Below are positions 38,426 through 53,031 of a stretch of 64,000 nucleotides of DNA, piece after piece (within the stretch, counting starts at the first letter, position 1; each line of letters begins with the position of its first letter). Source of the stretch: Octopus vulgaris (taxonomy: Eukaryota); NCBI GenBank assembly GCA_951406725.2, contig OX597814.1:90334001-90398000 (forward strand). Reading direction: 5' to 3'. The notes under the pieces were generated by a model, which did no database searches, was not told where the DNA came from, and saw nothing but the letters and a program-made list of their open reading frames with translations. The position numbers and the translations under genes were made by a program.

Positions 38426-40421
38426 TGGGGAACCTGCTACTCACTGCGTTTCTTTTAAGGGAATACATTTAAAGTGACATGGCAGTACTCCGCAATATGG
38501 AACTAAGTAAATCTTCAACTATATTTATCGTTAATAATTTAAAACAACGTAATTCCAGCTCCACTTCAACTCATTCTATCAAGTTTATTGTTTGTTAGTA
38601 AGAAGAAAGAAAGTCTAAAATAAAAAAAAATACACATGGAAGATAGAATCATCTGGCGTATGGCAGGTATTTTGCAAATATGTACTAGAGTAGCAAATCT
38701 TGGAAAAATTACTATCAGGATGTAGGCATGGCTGTATTTGTATAACTTTAGTTCAGTCATGATCCAGCAGGTAAAATATCAAATGCGCTACCAGGAGACC
38801 TTTCCATAGTTTTCCTTATAATGTATGGAGTAATACATGTTTTATTATTAAAAGGATATTATGTGAGTAGAATAAAATTGTGAAATCTATTTCAAGCCGG
38901 TTGTATGCTGAATGGAGCAGATTGTGTTCCGATTATATATATAGTTGTTAATTTGAAATACGGTGTCTTTAATAACTTCATCCTTCCTTGTAATTCATTC
39001 TGTACTTGTTATTTTACATACTGCACTACCTTATCCTCTATAAATGTGAAATAGTTGTAAATCAACTAACATCTGAGATATTGTAGAAAGCTATAAACCA
39101 AATTAATATAGAAGGCACATATTTCAAATTTAGCTAAGTTGAATTGGATGATGAAATTACGAATGCTGCGAGGAAAATATAGAAAATGTTTAAATGTTCT
39201 TACTTATCTAACTTAATGTCTAAATCAAATAACCTGTTATCTGTCTGAAAAATACGACAAATATCAGCTTGAATAAATATGATTTTCCATACACATTAAC
39301 AAGCAACACCCATAAACATCTACTCTAGATGTAATAAAACTCGTACATAAGTTTATACATCTGCAACTTGTTATTGTTTACAGCGAACATGAAGCATTCT
39401 GGCTGAGACAACAGTCTTTCAATTAATTAATAATAGTTACGACTTCACTTTTATTATAACTCCATTTACAACATTTGGCCAACTACATAATTGGTTCTCT
39501 GCTAGAAATAGTAGCAAAATCGCCATCAGATTATTCCATACTGTTGCACAAGAGAAGGGAAACACCGAATAATATATTCTCACTTACGTTGAAATGGATG
39601 GTAATGGCTTAAACATTTTATGAGAGCTGACCAGCAATTCCATAAAGCCACAGTAGTTCCATTATGAACAGTATTGCAACTTATAAATAATACCGTCAAC
39701 TGCGAATACATACTGGGAATAATGAAGGAACGTTGATGATAGCGACGCAAAGAAGTATGACACAATTATAAACGTAAGTTTACAAAGTAAGTTATACGTT
39801 ATACAAGCAAAGTAAAGTCAGAGGGGCCCTGAGACAAGACGAAACTTATAAATAAGTAACACAGTAAAAAAAAATTACCTCTAGGACTGGAAGCGGAAAG
39901 TGGAAAGATGAATAGGCAGAACGAAAAGGTGGAAGAACAAATCCGGTGTTGGAAGTGAAGAACATGAGAGTTTGGGAGAAGCGAGACTGAACGAGTGCTC
40001 AAAAGGATATAAGGAAATTGGAAAGAGAAATGGGAATGGTCACAGGTCACATAATAGTGGGTGTGGGTCGACGATAGAAAGTGGTGGCGTAGAGAGAGAT
40101 AGAAAAAGACAGAGAGGGAAGGTGGTGAGAGAAGGAAGGAGAGTATGGAAGAACAAAGAGAGAAGAAAGAGATGTCGCTCAAAACATTTCTGCTGTATAG
40201 CGTGACGAAGGGAATAGGTGCTTGGTGTTACATTAAATAACAAGTTTCAAACATTAAACAGAAGCACGACAAAGAAACGAACGAAAAACTGGGTTTAGGA
40301 GATACGGGTTCGAGTCAAACCGGCAGCTTTCGACATTTCTTATCCAAAACGATTTCTAAACCCAATATTTGCCTACTATCATTTATATGTCTATGAGCAG
40401 TGCTTGAAAAACCGATGTTCC

Positions 40422-40453
<32 letters not shown>

Positions 40454-40799
40454 GTCTGGGGAGAGTCATTCTTTTCAGTGCCTTATTATTTAACACACAC
40501 ACCGGTTCGATTTTCACTCATTTATTTATTTATTTGTTCTAAAATTTTCGTTGCAAACTTTTCAACAGTCATTGACACTGTCCGTTATCAGAGCTACGTT
40601 GTTTTTGTTTGTTTGTTTTGTGCGAATCTGTGTCCATCAGTGCACATACGTATATACATATCTATGTATGTCTATGTATGTTTCGAACCAAGCGAAACCT
40701 AGTTTATTAAAGAAATACCTTTTGAGAAGTCACCTAACGAGACAACATTTGCACTGGATGATGTTCCACAACCAGTTGCATAGTATCTAATCTGAAAGG

Positions 40800-41210
40800 G
40801 ATCGATGCAAAAGGGATCGAAACAGTGATCGATGTATATAAATCGATGGTTGTGACATCTATGCTTTATGTTGCTGAATCTTGGACTTTGTATCGAAAGC
40901 ACATCAACCATTTTGATGCATTTCATATGCAATACTTGCGTTCTATCTCCATCATAAAACCGAGTGCCCATATTCGTAAAAGGGAGGTGCTAACAAAGTG
41001 CAACATATCAGGTATTGAAGCCATCCTCATTAAAATGCAGCTTAGATAGTCTGGTCATCTTTCACATTTGAGTAGTATCAGAATTCCGAAGCAACTTCTC
41101 TGTGGCCAATTCCCAATTCAGTTGGAAGGTTACTCTTGTGCTTGAAAGACAGTCTGAAGCGATACAACAATACCTTCCCTTCTTGAGAAAATAGAGTATC
41201 AGAACTAGTT
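40800..41210 (+). mobile_element. RTE-clade LINE fragment
   Basis: VYKSMVVTSMLYVAESWTLY...FHMQYLRSI...IEAILIKMQLR*SGHL is typical of the RTE post-RT region. Confidence 0.8.
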
Positions 41211-41532
41211 CTGCTTCTCCTATGTTCAAAGAATTGAGCAAAGTCGACTCCAAAATCGGGACCAACTTCGTGCAAGCATGAAGGCACGGAAACAATACCT
41301 GTCATTGTGATTTTGTGGCACGAAACAAAGCAGGGCTTGACATCCACTCAAGGAAACAAAAAACACATAACAAACTATCCACAAGCATTTGAGCAAACTG
41401 AGTTCGCAACTTGTTCCCTTTTCCAAATGTTTGTTTGGCACCAGCAGGCCTCAAGTGACACATGCGTGTCCATATAACATGATTACAGCTTTATTGTTGA
41501 ATCCTCATTTCTCGGTCACGGTGAGAGAATTT

Positions 41533-41570
<38 letters not shown>

Positions 41571-41577
<7 letters not shown>

Positions 41578-41690
41578 ATCACGTGACCAACTAGGCTATC
41601 ATATGTTGCACCACATCGCTGGTCACAATGCGCTTCGCATTGTTTTAGCCTCCAAATGATGCCACCCCGCTGGCTAAGCGATCAGGCCAT
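41571..41690 (-). mobile_element. SINE 3' fragment (44348 family)
   Basis: tcacgtgatcacgtgacc...acatcgctggtcacaatgcg is shared with 44348-44460. Confidence 0.75.
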
Positions 41691-41888
41691 TTCTGACTGA
41701 ATTGATATCATTCCAGCCTTATCATTTAAGGTCTGAGGAGTATAGCACATTTACATTTTGACATTTTATTTTCGTTTTCCGTTTTTCGTTTTACATAGTT
41801 TACTGTCTGTGTCTTCTATATGCTGCTTTCTCAGCTTCATCGCGTTTCTATTTATTCAATTGCTTTAGTTCGTTATCATATATGGCTT

Positions 41889-41941
41889 GCGCCTGAAGAA
41901 TATGTTCGAGTACTCTCAAAATATGAAACTTTTAGTAGCGC
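41889..41941 (+). ncRNA. Type I hammerhead ribozyme with canonical core
   Basis: GCGC-CUGAAGA-AUAU...AUAU-GAAA-CUuuuAG-UA-GCGC; all three stems pair. It lies ~90 bp upstream of a (TA)n. Confidence 0.8.
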
Positions 41942-42216
41942 TTTAATATATGTATTGTGACCTTTAAATAATAATATTTATGTCACCAGATGGAGTACTT
42001 TTTTGTTGAATATTGTATCACGGACCAGTACATTATATATATATATAATATGTTTGTCGAATTCCTATCACGTCTGTATGCGATTTCAAATACGCCATTA
42101 CTCTTTCGCTTAAAATAATCATGGCGGTACTATACCTTGAAGACTCACAGGGCTATTCAACAGTATAATGAAAGAGAGCAAGCGACTCCAAAAACGGAAG
42201 ACTACATACTCATGCA

Positions 42217-42257
<41 letters not shown>

Positions 42258-42724
42258 GCATAAGCTAACACATACATAGAAATAATATAACCTACATGTT
42301 AGCGTGTAATTTTCTGATATAATTTTCATACTATAAAAGGTCATGCATACGCTGCTTTCAAGTAACAATACAATACGCACTTACGCACACACACACACAC
42401 ACACACACAAGCGCATGTGCACACACAGACACAGATACAGACATAGACAAAAACATAGGTATAAATATATATATGCAACAACATTTTGTAAACAAGGTTT
42501 GGAAGCGTTGACTGTTTCGTATATTACGGAGAGCAATGTAATATTTCCAACGAAGTATAGCCGTGAAAACAGCAGGACGATTGGGTATTTTACCCTTATA
42601 AGACGAACAAATTTTCTCAGACTTAGTATACAGACACACACACACACGCACGTACACACACACACACACACATATGTATATACATGTGTATATTTTCTTC
42701 TCTCATGCCTTCGCTCCAGGGACT

Positions 42725-44040
42725 AAAGCTGTAGTTTTCTCAGTCTATCTCTGTAGTTCATCGGCTCCACTGTTTCAATCTTTTTAGTGTAGTGGCGTTG
42801 GACTGCTTCAAGCTCCGTAGTTAGTTTGGCACTATGTGATAACCATAACTGAGAGCAGTAGTCCAGGCGGTTGAGAACAAAAGTTCTCCACACGGTAAAC
42901 ATCATTTCGTGGTTTCTTGTCTTGAAGGACCTCAGTATCCATCCTGCCAGTTGTCTGCACTTTGCTGCCATCTTGCTTATGTGTATCTGAAATGCTGCGT
43001 CATTGCACATACTCATCCCCAAGTCTTTCACTGCCTGTGACGCTGGGATTGTAGTGCCTTCCGGTCGTGTAAATATAGATTGTACCATATTTGTGAGTTG
43101 ATAGTGTTGTGCTTGAAATTTTCCAGCATTAAACTGCATGTTGTTTATTTCATCCCACATGTATATTGAGTTCAGGTCCCGCTGTAAGCTTGTGACATCA
43201 TCTTGGATTTTTATTTTCTGTGCTAATTTCGTATCATCGGCATAGCTAGTGACAGTGGCATCGGACTAATCGTGGGCATTTCTAAGAGGGCTGTTATGAA
43301 CAGTAATGGCCTCAGAACAGTTCCCTGGGGAACACCACTTAGGATTTGAGTTTTCTCAGAAAGGGTGTGATTGGCTGCAATTACCTTTTTTTAAGGAAGT
43401 CATACATCCAGTCTCGCAGTTCACCAGCAATGTCAAGTCTCATAGCTTATGATTTATCATACTATGATCTACCATATCTAATACCTTTGCGAAGTCAAGG
43501 CGTATCACACTGGCATCCGAATGGTCAAGCAGCTGTTTCAAAACCCAGTCATAGTGCTGTATGAGCTGTGTGAGGCAGCTTTTTCCTGGATGGAAGTCAT
43601 GTTCAGTAGGAAATTTTCTACTGGGAACATTATCGACTTCTTTCTGCAGATTCGCTCCATGACTTTAGTGATATGCGAAGTCAGAGAGATTGCACTGTAG
43701 TTTTTAACCTCTGCACTGCTTCCACTTTTGTGGATAGGGCATATAATACCTTCTTTCAGCTTTTTATGAAGTATACCACTTGCAAGGAGAAACTGGAAAA
43801 CTATCTGAAGATATTTCGCTGAAGCCTGCTTATATGACTTTAGCAGAAGAGCTAGGGAGCCATCAGTACCAGTGGCGGAGCATGAGCTCGTTCTATGTAT
43901 GGCCACCGTTACATCTGTTTCTTCAATGTTTTCTAGAGTTGCAATTTCTAAGAATTCAGGCTGATTCTTTATCTGCTTGTGTCCAAGGGGAGAAGTCAGG
44001 ACATTTTAAATTGTTCACTGAGTATCTCAATTATTCTTCC
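42725..44040 (-). mobile_element. Degraded CR1-group LINE RT fragment
   Basis: NNMQFNAGKFQ, LAGWILRSF, RLDYCSQLW and KNYSAISLTSHI; same family as the 9.4-14.6 kb elements. Confidence 0.88.
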
Positions 44041-44082
44041 TATATATAGATATAGATATGTATATATAAGTATATATTCATA

Positions 44083-44261
<179 letters not shown>

Positions 44262-44347
44262 GAATATATGTATGTTTACATGCATATCTATCTATCTATC
44301 TATCTATCTCTCTCTCTCTCTCTCCATATATATATATATATATATAA

Positions 44348-44717
<370 letters not shown>

Positions 44718-45022
44718 TGGAACTGAATTACTATCACAAACGTTGAAGACGAATATTTTCTTAGATTACAATGCGAAGGTTAAGTTACCTTAATATGTGT
44801 TTCGGAACTCTCTTAATGGCAATCAGCATGACGGGATCTACATAAACTTATATTACTTCAAGCCATTCACACCTGCTGACTTACCATTGCTCCTGAAATA
44901 TATAGAGATTACTTAATCTTCCGCTTTTGTATTATAAGAAGTATTCTGCTTACAATATTTGTCCGTGCACAGACACGCACACACATATGTAGGTATGCTC
45001 CGTAACACTAATTATCTCTCAG

Positions 45023-45073
<51 letters not shown>

Positions 45074-45699
45074 CTATGTGTGTGTGTGTATATGTATATA
45101 TACATAAATACTTATATGTACATACATACATACATACATACATACATACATACATACATACAAACATGTATGTATTCATTTATTCATTTACTCTTCTATA
45201 TATTTCATCCTTGAGGCTGCGGTCATGCTAGGACACAAGCAGATGCGATGGACTTTCAATTTAGTTTTTTCACAATTCTCTCTACGAATTTTCACTCATA
45301 ACTCATTCATCAATTAGAACATAGACTTTAAAGTACATTTCTCATATCTCTGTTTTTGGAAGTGATGCTAGTAACTGTTTCCATAAGTGTTATAAACAAA
45401 TGATTTTCGTCGTCCTCCATCACATACAGAAATATGTAAGTGCTTTTATGTCGAGATTGCTCGGAATATAGTAAAGGGAAATTATATCGAACCATTTCCA
45501 TTTCAGAAAATTGTACCCACTTGACAGCTGATTCTGAGAAATGATGAATGAATCAGGCGGTCATGTGCAGGTTTACGAGATTTGATTGCTACTTGCGTTC
45601 GTATAAATGGGAATGTTCCATATATATATATATATATATATATAAATATATATGGTTATATTGTCGTCAAAAATTACGCAAAAATAAAATTAAATCTGA

Positions 45700-46519
45700 C
45701 ATCTCACTGTTGCAGATATATTTGCCAAAATTACCTAAAAATATCTTGAAAAACTAAAGAGTAAATTTATTCAATAAAATCGCCCTTGGCCTCAACCAAA
45801 TGACTTCGGAATTTCCTACAACTCTTATGGGTGGTCTACTTGTTGATGTATGCTGCTATAATCCTTGCCTTCAGTTCATATTTGCTGTTACAAGGAGTTT
45901 TGTTGGTCTCTCGTTCAACTGCGCCTCACACTTCATAATCTATTGGGTTGCGGTCTGGGGAGTTATTTGGCCAGAGATTTGGGTTGATGTGGTCGCAGAA
46001 ATTATCTGAAAGCTATGACTGGGTTCTCCTGGTTGTGTGGCATAGTGCAGAGTCCTGTTGCGAGAGAGGTTCTTCCAGCAGCCATTCTCTTAACTTAGGG
46101 CAGTACTACCGCCTGCAGGCACTTGATGTAGGCCTCAGTGTTGAGTCTGAATCTCTGTGGGAAGATAAATGAAGGCATAACGTCGCTATCACTAGTGATC
46201 ATTCCAAACATCATGATGTTGACTGAATGTTTGATTTTCATCACTCCCAGTACATGTTTTGGGGACACAGCAAGGCAACAGTTATTCTGTTTCTGTTCAC
46301 CATCTATTCGTATTGTATCGTCCGGGGCAAATGCCAGGCAGTACAGGATATCTTTTCCCAATTTCTGTCAGAGTGAATTGCGTCATGGTACTGTTTTTCT
46401 CACAGACTGTACCCAACTGAACTTACAATACTGTGTAGTCGACAAAATCAGAAACATACAATGCGCATGGGTGACATTAAAAATATAAAACGGTGACAAT
46501 TTACCCATCAAACCCTGTA
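45700..46519 (-). mobile_element. Degraded Tc1/mariner-superfamily transposon
   Basis: MMFGMITSDSDVMPSFIFPQRFRLNTEAYIKCL, QQDSALCHT and WPNNSPDRNPIDY. The terminus tacagggtttgatgggtaaattgtc is at 46519. Confidence 0.75.
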
Positions 46520-46884
46520 TTTATATATATAATATAAATAATATATGTAATAATAATATAAATAAAATATGTATATGCGTGTATATATATCCATATATAG
46601 GTACAGGACGTCACCAACAGTAAACAACATGAAATACGAAAAGAAATGAGTTAAATACGCAAATAACGAGAGAATAAAAAGGACAAGTAAAACAAAGAAT
46701 GACTCTCCATCAGTTGTCGGCTGTCTGTCTACTCCCGGTTTCAGGCAATCAACGACAATATGAGGCTTCGAGGACAGTTGCTCCCATAAATACCAAAATA
46801 AAATTTTGGATTTATGGAGGGTCAAAGTTAGGAACAAAAGCAGGGCGGTGGAGATATACATACATACATACATATATGTGTATG

Positions 46885-46954
<70 letters not shown>

Positions 46955-46959
46955 TGTAC

Positions 46960-47080
<121 letters not shown>

Positions 47081-47111
47081 TATATATAAACAAATATATC
47101 TATATACATTG

Positions 47112-47142
<31 letters not shown>

Positions 47143-47731
47143 TCATGTATAAATATATATATATATATATATGTATATATATTTATATCAGACTATTTAT
47201 ATTTTGTATTTTTTTTTATTTCCATTAATTTTTATTTGAGACTTTATTGTTTGTATGTACTTATATATTTGCATGTTGTGACATGAGGATGGAATGCTTA
47301 AAATATGTGTATAAGACAATGAGAAACCAAAGGTGATTCGTCAGTAACTTTGAACCCACTCACCTGAACAAGTGTAGGTACACAGCTATATTTGGATCAT
47401 GTTGATTCAGGTATATGTAGGATATATGTAACACTCATTAATTATCAGTTGATAATAGTACCCAGAAACAATTGAACAGAATTGAATTAAAGCCTGTTCA
47501 TTCCATCTTCTTGTGGTAGAGTTTTTGTGTATGCATTCTGCAGATATTAGCGGATTTCTGCATACATATCCCGTAAAAGGAGGATTCCTGCTGCATGATA
47601 GCATATTGTAGCTGTTACGCGTGTAGGAGCTTTCTATATCGTACAGTAAAGATATTATCCCGTTGAGCTTAAATATACATACATACATGCATACATGTAT
47701 ACATATATATATGTGTGTGTGTGTGTTTATA

Positions 47732-47784
<53 letters not shown>

Positions 47785-47786
<2 letters not shown>

Positions 47787-48446
47787 TAAAGTCAAAATGA
47801 GGGTGAAAAAATTGGATATTAATTTAATAACATCAATTTAAACACCAGTGGCCTAGCGTATAAAAGACTGAGATTCAGTAAATATTATTAATACACAACT
47901 ATGAGAGAGAATCCACTATGTGGACGCTCTTACGCTAGATATAGATCCGCAAAGGGACTCAACCACTAAGAATTGTTCTCAAGAAATAATTTAGCACACG
48001 AAGAACGTAAGCGAGCAGGACAGATGAAAAATAACGAAAATATAGTTTAACCCCATAAAACTGTTTCACCGTTAATAAATTATGTAATTTTACTTACATA
48101 AATATCCTCGGATCATCGGTGGAGTACGTCATGAAATATAATTTGTCGAACTACACGCTATATATTAACACGAGAAATTTAAAATGAGGGTGAGAAATTT
48201 GATATTAATTTAATTAACATCAATTTCACACCAGTGGTGTAGCATATAAAAAACTGAAGGTTCTGTAAAATTGTACTATATACATATGAGAGGGAGACCA
48301 CTATATGGATACACTTATGCTAGAAGTAGATCCGCTAGGGTTTTACCACTAAGAAATGTTCTTGAGTACATCTCTTAGTGGTAAGACCATAGCGGATCTA
48401 CTTCTAGCATAAGGGTATCCACATATTGGTTTCCCTCTCATATGTA
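47785..48446 (-). mobile_element. PLE-like pLTR cluster: tandem ~190 bp repeat, hammerhead and terminal fold-back
   Basis: Direct repeat 47794-47985 / 48181-48365; inverted arms 48281-48354 / 48373-48446; (TA)n flanks. Confidence 0.65.
48051..48124 (-). ncRNA. Hammerhead-like motif with CCGAUGA core
   Basis: CUCCA-CCGAUGA-uCCG...(UAUGUAA/UUACAUA hairpin)...CGGu-GAAA-cagUUU-UA-UGGGG. Confidence 0.6.
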
Positions 48447-49847
48447 TGTATGTATATATATATATATATACCTAATGATAATAAAGTATGCTGCTTTTTT
48501 ATCCAAGGCAGTTTTAAGTGGTAAGTTATATGCATGCAAAGACAAAGGGTAATAGATTCATAAAATATATTATTTCTCTCTGTAGCATTTCAGAAAGCGA
48601 CAATGACCAATCGTTTATGTGACAACTATCGAAAAATGAAACCGTTTATAATTAAAAGAATTGTTTCCACAACGGTCTTCGAAGTAATAATTACTATAAA
48701 TTTATCCCTTGAATGTAAATAATTGAATCATGTATTTGCCTGTATATGTTATTTATTACCAGCGTAAGAAATGTCATTCCTGTGAATTAGTTATTAGATA
48801 TTCCGTAATTTGGAGAAGTTAACACATGATTAGTTAATAGAAATATATAAACTCTCCCTGTATGTCTCTGAATTTTACGAAATATGAGTTTCGAAAAACT
48901 GTTGTAGCATAAATATTAACTTGTATCTTTTTCTTCCTCTCATCAATAAGATAGAATTCTAAAATCTGTAAACGTCGTAAAGCATGTATTTTATGTCATT
49001 CAAATCGATATTAGAAAAGCGAAATGCACTTGAAGTAGAAAAGGCTAGACGGAAGATTATAATCAATACCCTACAAAGCCTATTCAAACAACAGGAAACT
49101 GAATAACAAAGATACTGTTTTTCACAGTAATTAGTGTGTCTGCTTCTTCTGTCAGAGCTGATAACTGATAAAACCTAGAGAATTTACACGAGGCATAGAT
49201 TAACTAGATTTAAAATATATTTCTTTAAAAATCCGAAAAAAGTGCTATTATTTTTCCAACTCAGGTTTTCTACTGATACTTTACAGCTGCGAAATATCTT
49301 TACAAGATCATCAATCTTTCCTCGAAGCTCTTTAGCATTTTGTTGAATGCTAGACAAACTGAAATTAAATGCAGTCGTGACTTTTCATCAGATAGGCCTG
49401 GCCTATTGATGTTTTTCATTGCGTTTAGTCTCTGTGTTATATCATATGCAAAAATCTGAAAGCGAAGAAGTGTCTAATAGGCTACTACTTTCATAGCTGT
49501 GATAGAAATGTAAAAATATATTAAATTATGGTTCGCAATAACAAGAACATTCTCAGAAAAATACAGCTGGAACAACGATTTATATTCAGTATTAAATTAG
49601 TTAGATAATAACAAGATATCTAGAGATATATATTTCCACACGTCTTCATAAAAGAAACCATCCATCTCAAAACGATTCTAAGTTAATTATTTCTTTACCC
49701 ATTTTATTTTCTTGTAACATTTTAATTTTATCTCAAATATATATCAACTAGTTCTCTCGTTTAGGGAGGTTACTTAAGTTGTCAACGTAACAATGAATAA
49801 TAATGTATCTGCAATTAAGTATATATATATATATATATATATATGTC

Positions 49848-49897
<50 letters not shown>

Positions 49898-49919
49898 TAC
49901 ATATATTTATATGCATATA

Positions 49920-49980
<61 letters not shown>

Positions 49981-50196
49981 CTATACCTGAATATATGTAT
50001 GCAAATATGTATGTAGGAAGGTGTATTTGTCTGAGTGTACATATTTGTGTACGTGTGTATGTGTGCGCGCGCGCGTGCGCCTGTGTGTGCCCCTGTGTTC
50101 GCGTGTCTGCGCCTGTGCATCGTTGTATACGTGTAAAAAAATGATCATTCATTATACCTAATGACAGTTTCATTTTTGCTCAGTGGAGTCTAATCC

Positions 50197-50434
50197 TTAT
50201 TTATTTCTTTACTACCTACAAAGGGCTAATAACAGAGGGCACAAACAATGACAGACAAACGGATTAAGTCGATTATATCGACCCCAGTACGTTACTGGTA
50301 CTTATTTAATCGACCCCGAAAGGATAAAAGGCAAAGTCGACCTCGGCTGAATTTGAACTCAGAACGTAACGGCAGATGAAATACAGCTACGCATTTCGTC
50401 CGGAGTGCTAACGTTTCTGCCAGCTCGCCGCCTT
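50197..50434 (-). mobile_element. Full-length SINE (aggcggcgagctggcaga family)
   Basis: Complete head to ttctttact tail. The sequence aatccttatt occurs on both sides (~50192-50201 and ~50437-50446), consistent with a TSD. Confidence 0.9.
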
Positions 50435-50806
50435 CCAATCCTTATTGCCACAGGAATTGCTCTCATGAGCATTCTTTCTTACTTCCAGATCTCTTTGCCC
50501 CATCTCGCCTTACTCGAAAATTCAGAGCCTTTTTTCATTAACATACTGTAGTGCTTCCACGAATAAGGGATTGTTTCTGTGGTCGTAGCACTTTTCATCG
50601 TACAGTCAGAACTTCAGAACGCTCTTCCATCCCATTAGGTTATCCCCCTTTTTATGACTTGAACTCTTTCAAGTCTAAAAAATAATTTATCCCATTTTTG
50701 TTTTAATCTCTCCTTCGCCTTCTTTCAAATCTCATTTTTTCTTCCTTCATTATCTAAGTACATATAGACATGTGTGCATATTTATATACATACATACATA
50801 CATACA

Positions 50807-50842
<36 letters not shown>

Positions 50843-50874
50843 TATGTGTGTGTGCGTGTGTGTATGCGCGCGCA

Positions 50875-51165
50875 AGTGTTAGGGCAGCGGACTCGTGGTC
50901 GGAGGATCGGGGTTTCGATTCCCAGACCGGGCGTTGTGCGTGTTTATTGAGTGAAAACACTTAAAGCTCCACCAGTCTCCGGCAGGGGGTGTTTGCGACA
51001 CTTGTTGTACTCTTTCACCCCAATTTTCCCTCACTTTCTCTTCTTCTTTCTTAAGTAACACTGCGATGGACGGGCGTCCCATCCAGTTGTTGGGGAACAT
51101 GTACGCCACAGAAACCGGACCGGGACACCGGGCCTAAGAGCCTGGCTAGGCTTGAAAAGGACGTA
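50875..51165 (+). mobile_element. tRNA-derived SINE (third family)
   Basis: B-box-like ggtttcgattccc, followed by tttattgagtgaaaacacttaaagctccac and gggcgtcccatcc. Confidence 0.75.
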
Positions 51166-51315
51166 TAAATAAATATATATATAAACAATATTCATACACA
51201 GAATATACACAGAAATATTCATACATAGATGCATACATACAACGTTCGTACATACATACATACGTACATACATACATACACACACACTCACATATATATA
51301 TATATATATATATAT

Positions 51316-52983
51316 CAATACCTCCTCTTTAGTTCATGCCACCCAAAACACACCAAGACAAATATCCCTTTCAATTTAGCTAAAAGGGTATGCACCATTG
51401 TCTCGGATCCAAAAACACGAGAAATACGCCTTCAAGACCTCAAAAAAACACTATTACAACGTCAATATCCCTCCACCCTTATAGAGTATGGAATAAAACG
51501 CGCCAAAGAACTAGACAACACTACACTGAAAACCACCCAACCTAACACCACACACAACCTCAAAATACTTCCATACATTTCCACCCACAACCCCAAAAAT
51601 ATCGAAGCATACACCACAATCATACAAAACCTCAGTCTACTGTCAACAGACCCAAAAATGAAAAACATTATAAATACACACAAAATCCTCAAATGCAAAA
51701 GGCAACACAAATCTTTAAAAAAACTCTTGACAAATGCCAAACTTCACACACCACATCCACCCCCAACAGTAAAAAAATGTGCACGCTCAAACTGTGGTAC
51801 CTGCCCCTTTCTACTTGAAGGCTCTGAATTTACCTTCAAACAAGGTACGAAGTTTAAAATCAAGACTAACTTCTCCTGTTCCTCCGAGAACCTTATCTAC
51901 GTTCTCACATGCGCTGGTTGCCAACATAATTATGTTGGACAAACGAGTCTCCCGTTACGTAAACGAGTAACGGTGCATAAAGAACAAATAAATCTCCCGG
52001 AATACCGACAAATTCCACTGAGTGACCACTTAGACTCATGTGCTAAAGACTTAAACCCCAAATTCTATATATTCCCCTTCTACCAATGTAAAGACGGGAT
52101 CACCACACAGGAGAGAATTAACAAGGAGAATCTCTTTATTGAAAAATTCCAAACACAACTTAATATGCAAACTCCTCGTTGATCAAACTTCCTTTCTCTA
52201 CCTCACTCTTCATGGATGGACTAACACAAATATATAAAGATACCATGCATTCATCACTTCAAGCTAAAACTTATATTCTTTAAATATCATTTTTACTATT
52301 GTTGTTATTACTATCATTTTTATTATAAATGATATGACAATTTGAAATGCAATTGTCTATGCAGATTTATATTATTAGAAAATAATATAAATAAAGTGTT
52401 AAAATCTGAAAGTTAAGTTAACAAGCAATTATATAAAAAAGATAATGCAAATGAAGCTAAAATGATAGTTTTATAATTTGGGTTTTATTGAAGAACTCAA
52501 AAGAGTTGTCTCCCCTTACTCACAACACAAGAACTGAAGAACCAGGACCACAATTACTACTACTTCCTGTCCTGCAAACATGCTGAATTTAACAACACAA
52601 CACAACACATGCTCTTAATCCCTTTGGATCTTAACACCTCAAGGTAATTTTTTCGTAAACAACCATAAAACTCAAGATACACAACGAACTCACAATGTAT
52701 CGGAGAACTTATTTTTTAATTTTTGCACATTTTTATCATTATTCTTTTACAAAAAACAATGCAATTTTCTTTTTTTCCCCTTTCTAATTTAAAAAAAAAC
52801 TTCTTAAAACATAAATATTCTTGACAAGTCATACAATGACGAAAACCGGTTGAATAAATATATATTTATATATTTTATCAATTTCTAATTTTCTTTCATT
52901 TGAGCATTCTGCATTTTTAAAAAAAATTTTTCCTTACTTATCATTTCTCCACGTGCGGTCAACACAACCCCACCATTTATTGA

Positions 52984-52986
<3 letters not shown>
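51316..52986 (+). mobile_element. 5'-truncated Penelope-like element (RT thumb, linker, GIY-YIG, 3'UTR) in (TA)n
   Basis: Open frame to 52182: SSCHPKH...CARSNCGTC...NLIYVLTCAGCQHNYVGQT...RVTVHKEQI...KENLFIEKFQTQLN. The ~800 bp 3'UTR carries a hammerhead, and the tail ccacgtgc..caca resembles that at ~4000. Confidence 0.88.
52816..52856 (+). ncRNA. Hammerhead ribozyme with U3-A8 variant core
   Basis: UAUUC-UUGACAA-GUCAUacaAUGAC-GAAA-ACCGG-UU-GAAUA. Stems I and II are each 5 bp, with palindromic AACCGGUU. Confidence 0.7.

Positions 52987-53031
<45 letters not shown>

Noticed and set aside
33830-44040. One CR1 copy split by a 8 kb insertion (33830-34612 plus 42725-44040)
   Set aside because: The two pieces overlap in element coordinates and are in the wrong order for a single minus-strand copy, so they are independent insertions.
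46700-46770. Minus-strand GAAA...TA...CTGATGG as a permuted hammerhead
   Set aside because: The core is mutated and no stem I or stem II pairing could be drawn.
47407-47688. 93 aa non-repetitive ORF as a host exon
   Set aside because: No recognisable domain, and it starts in a microsatellite.
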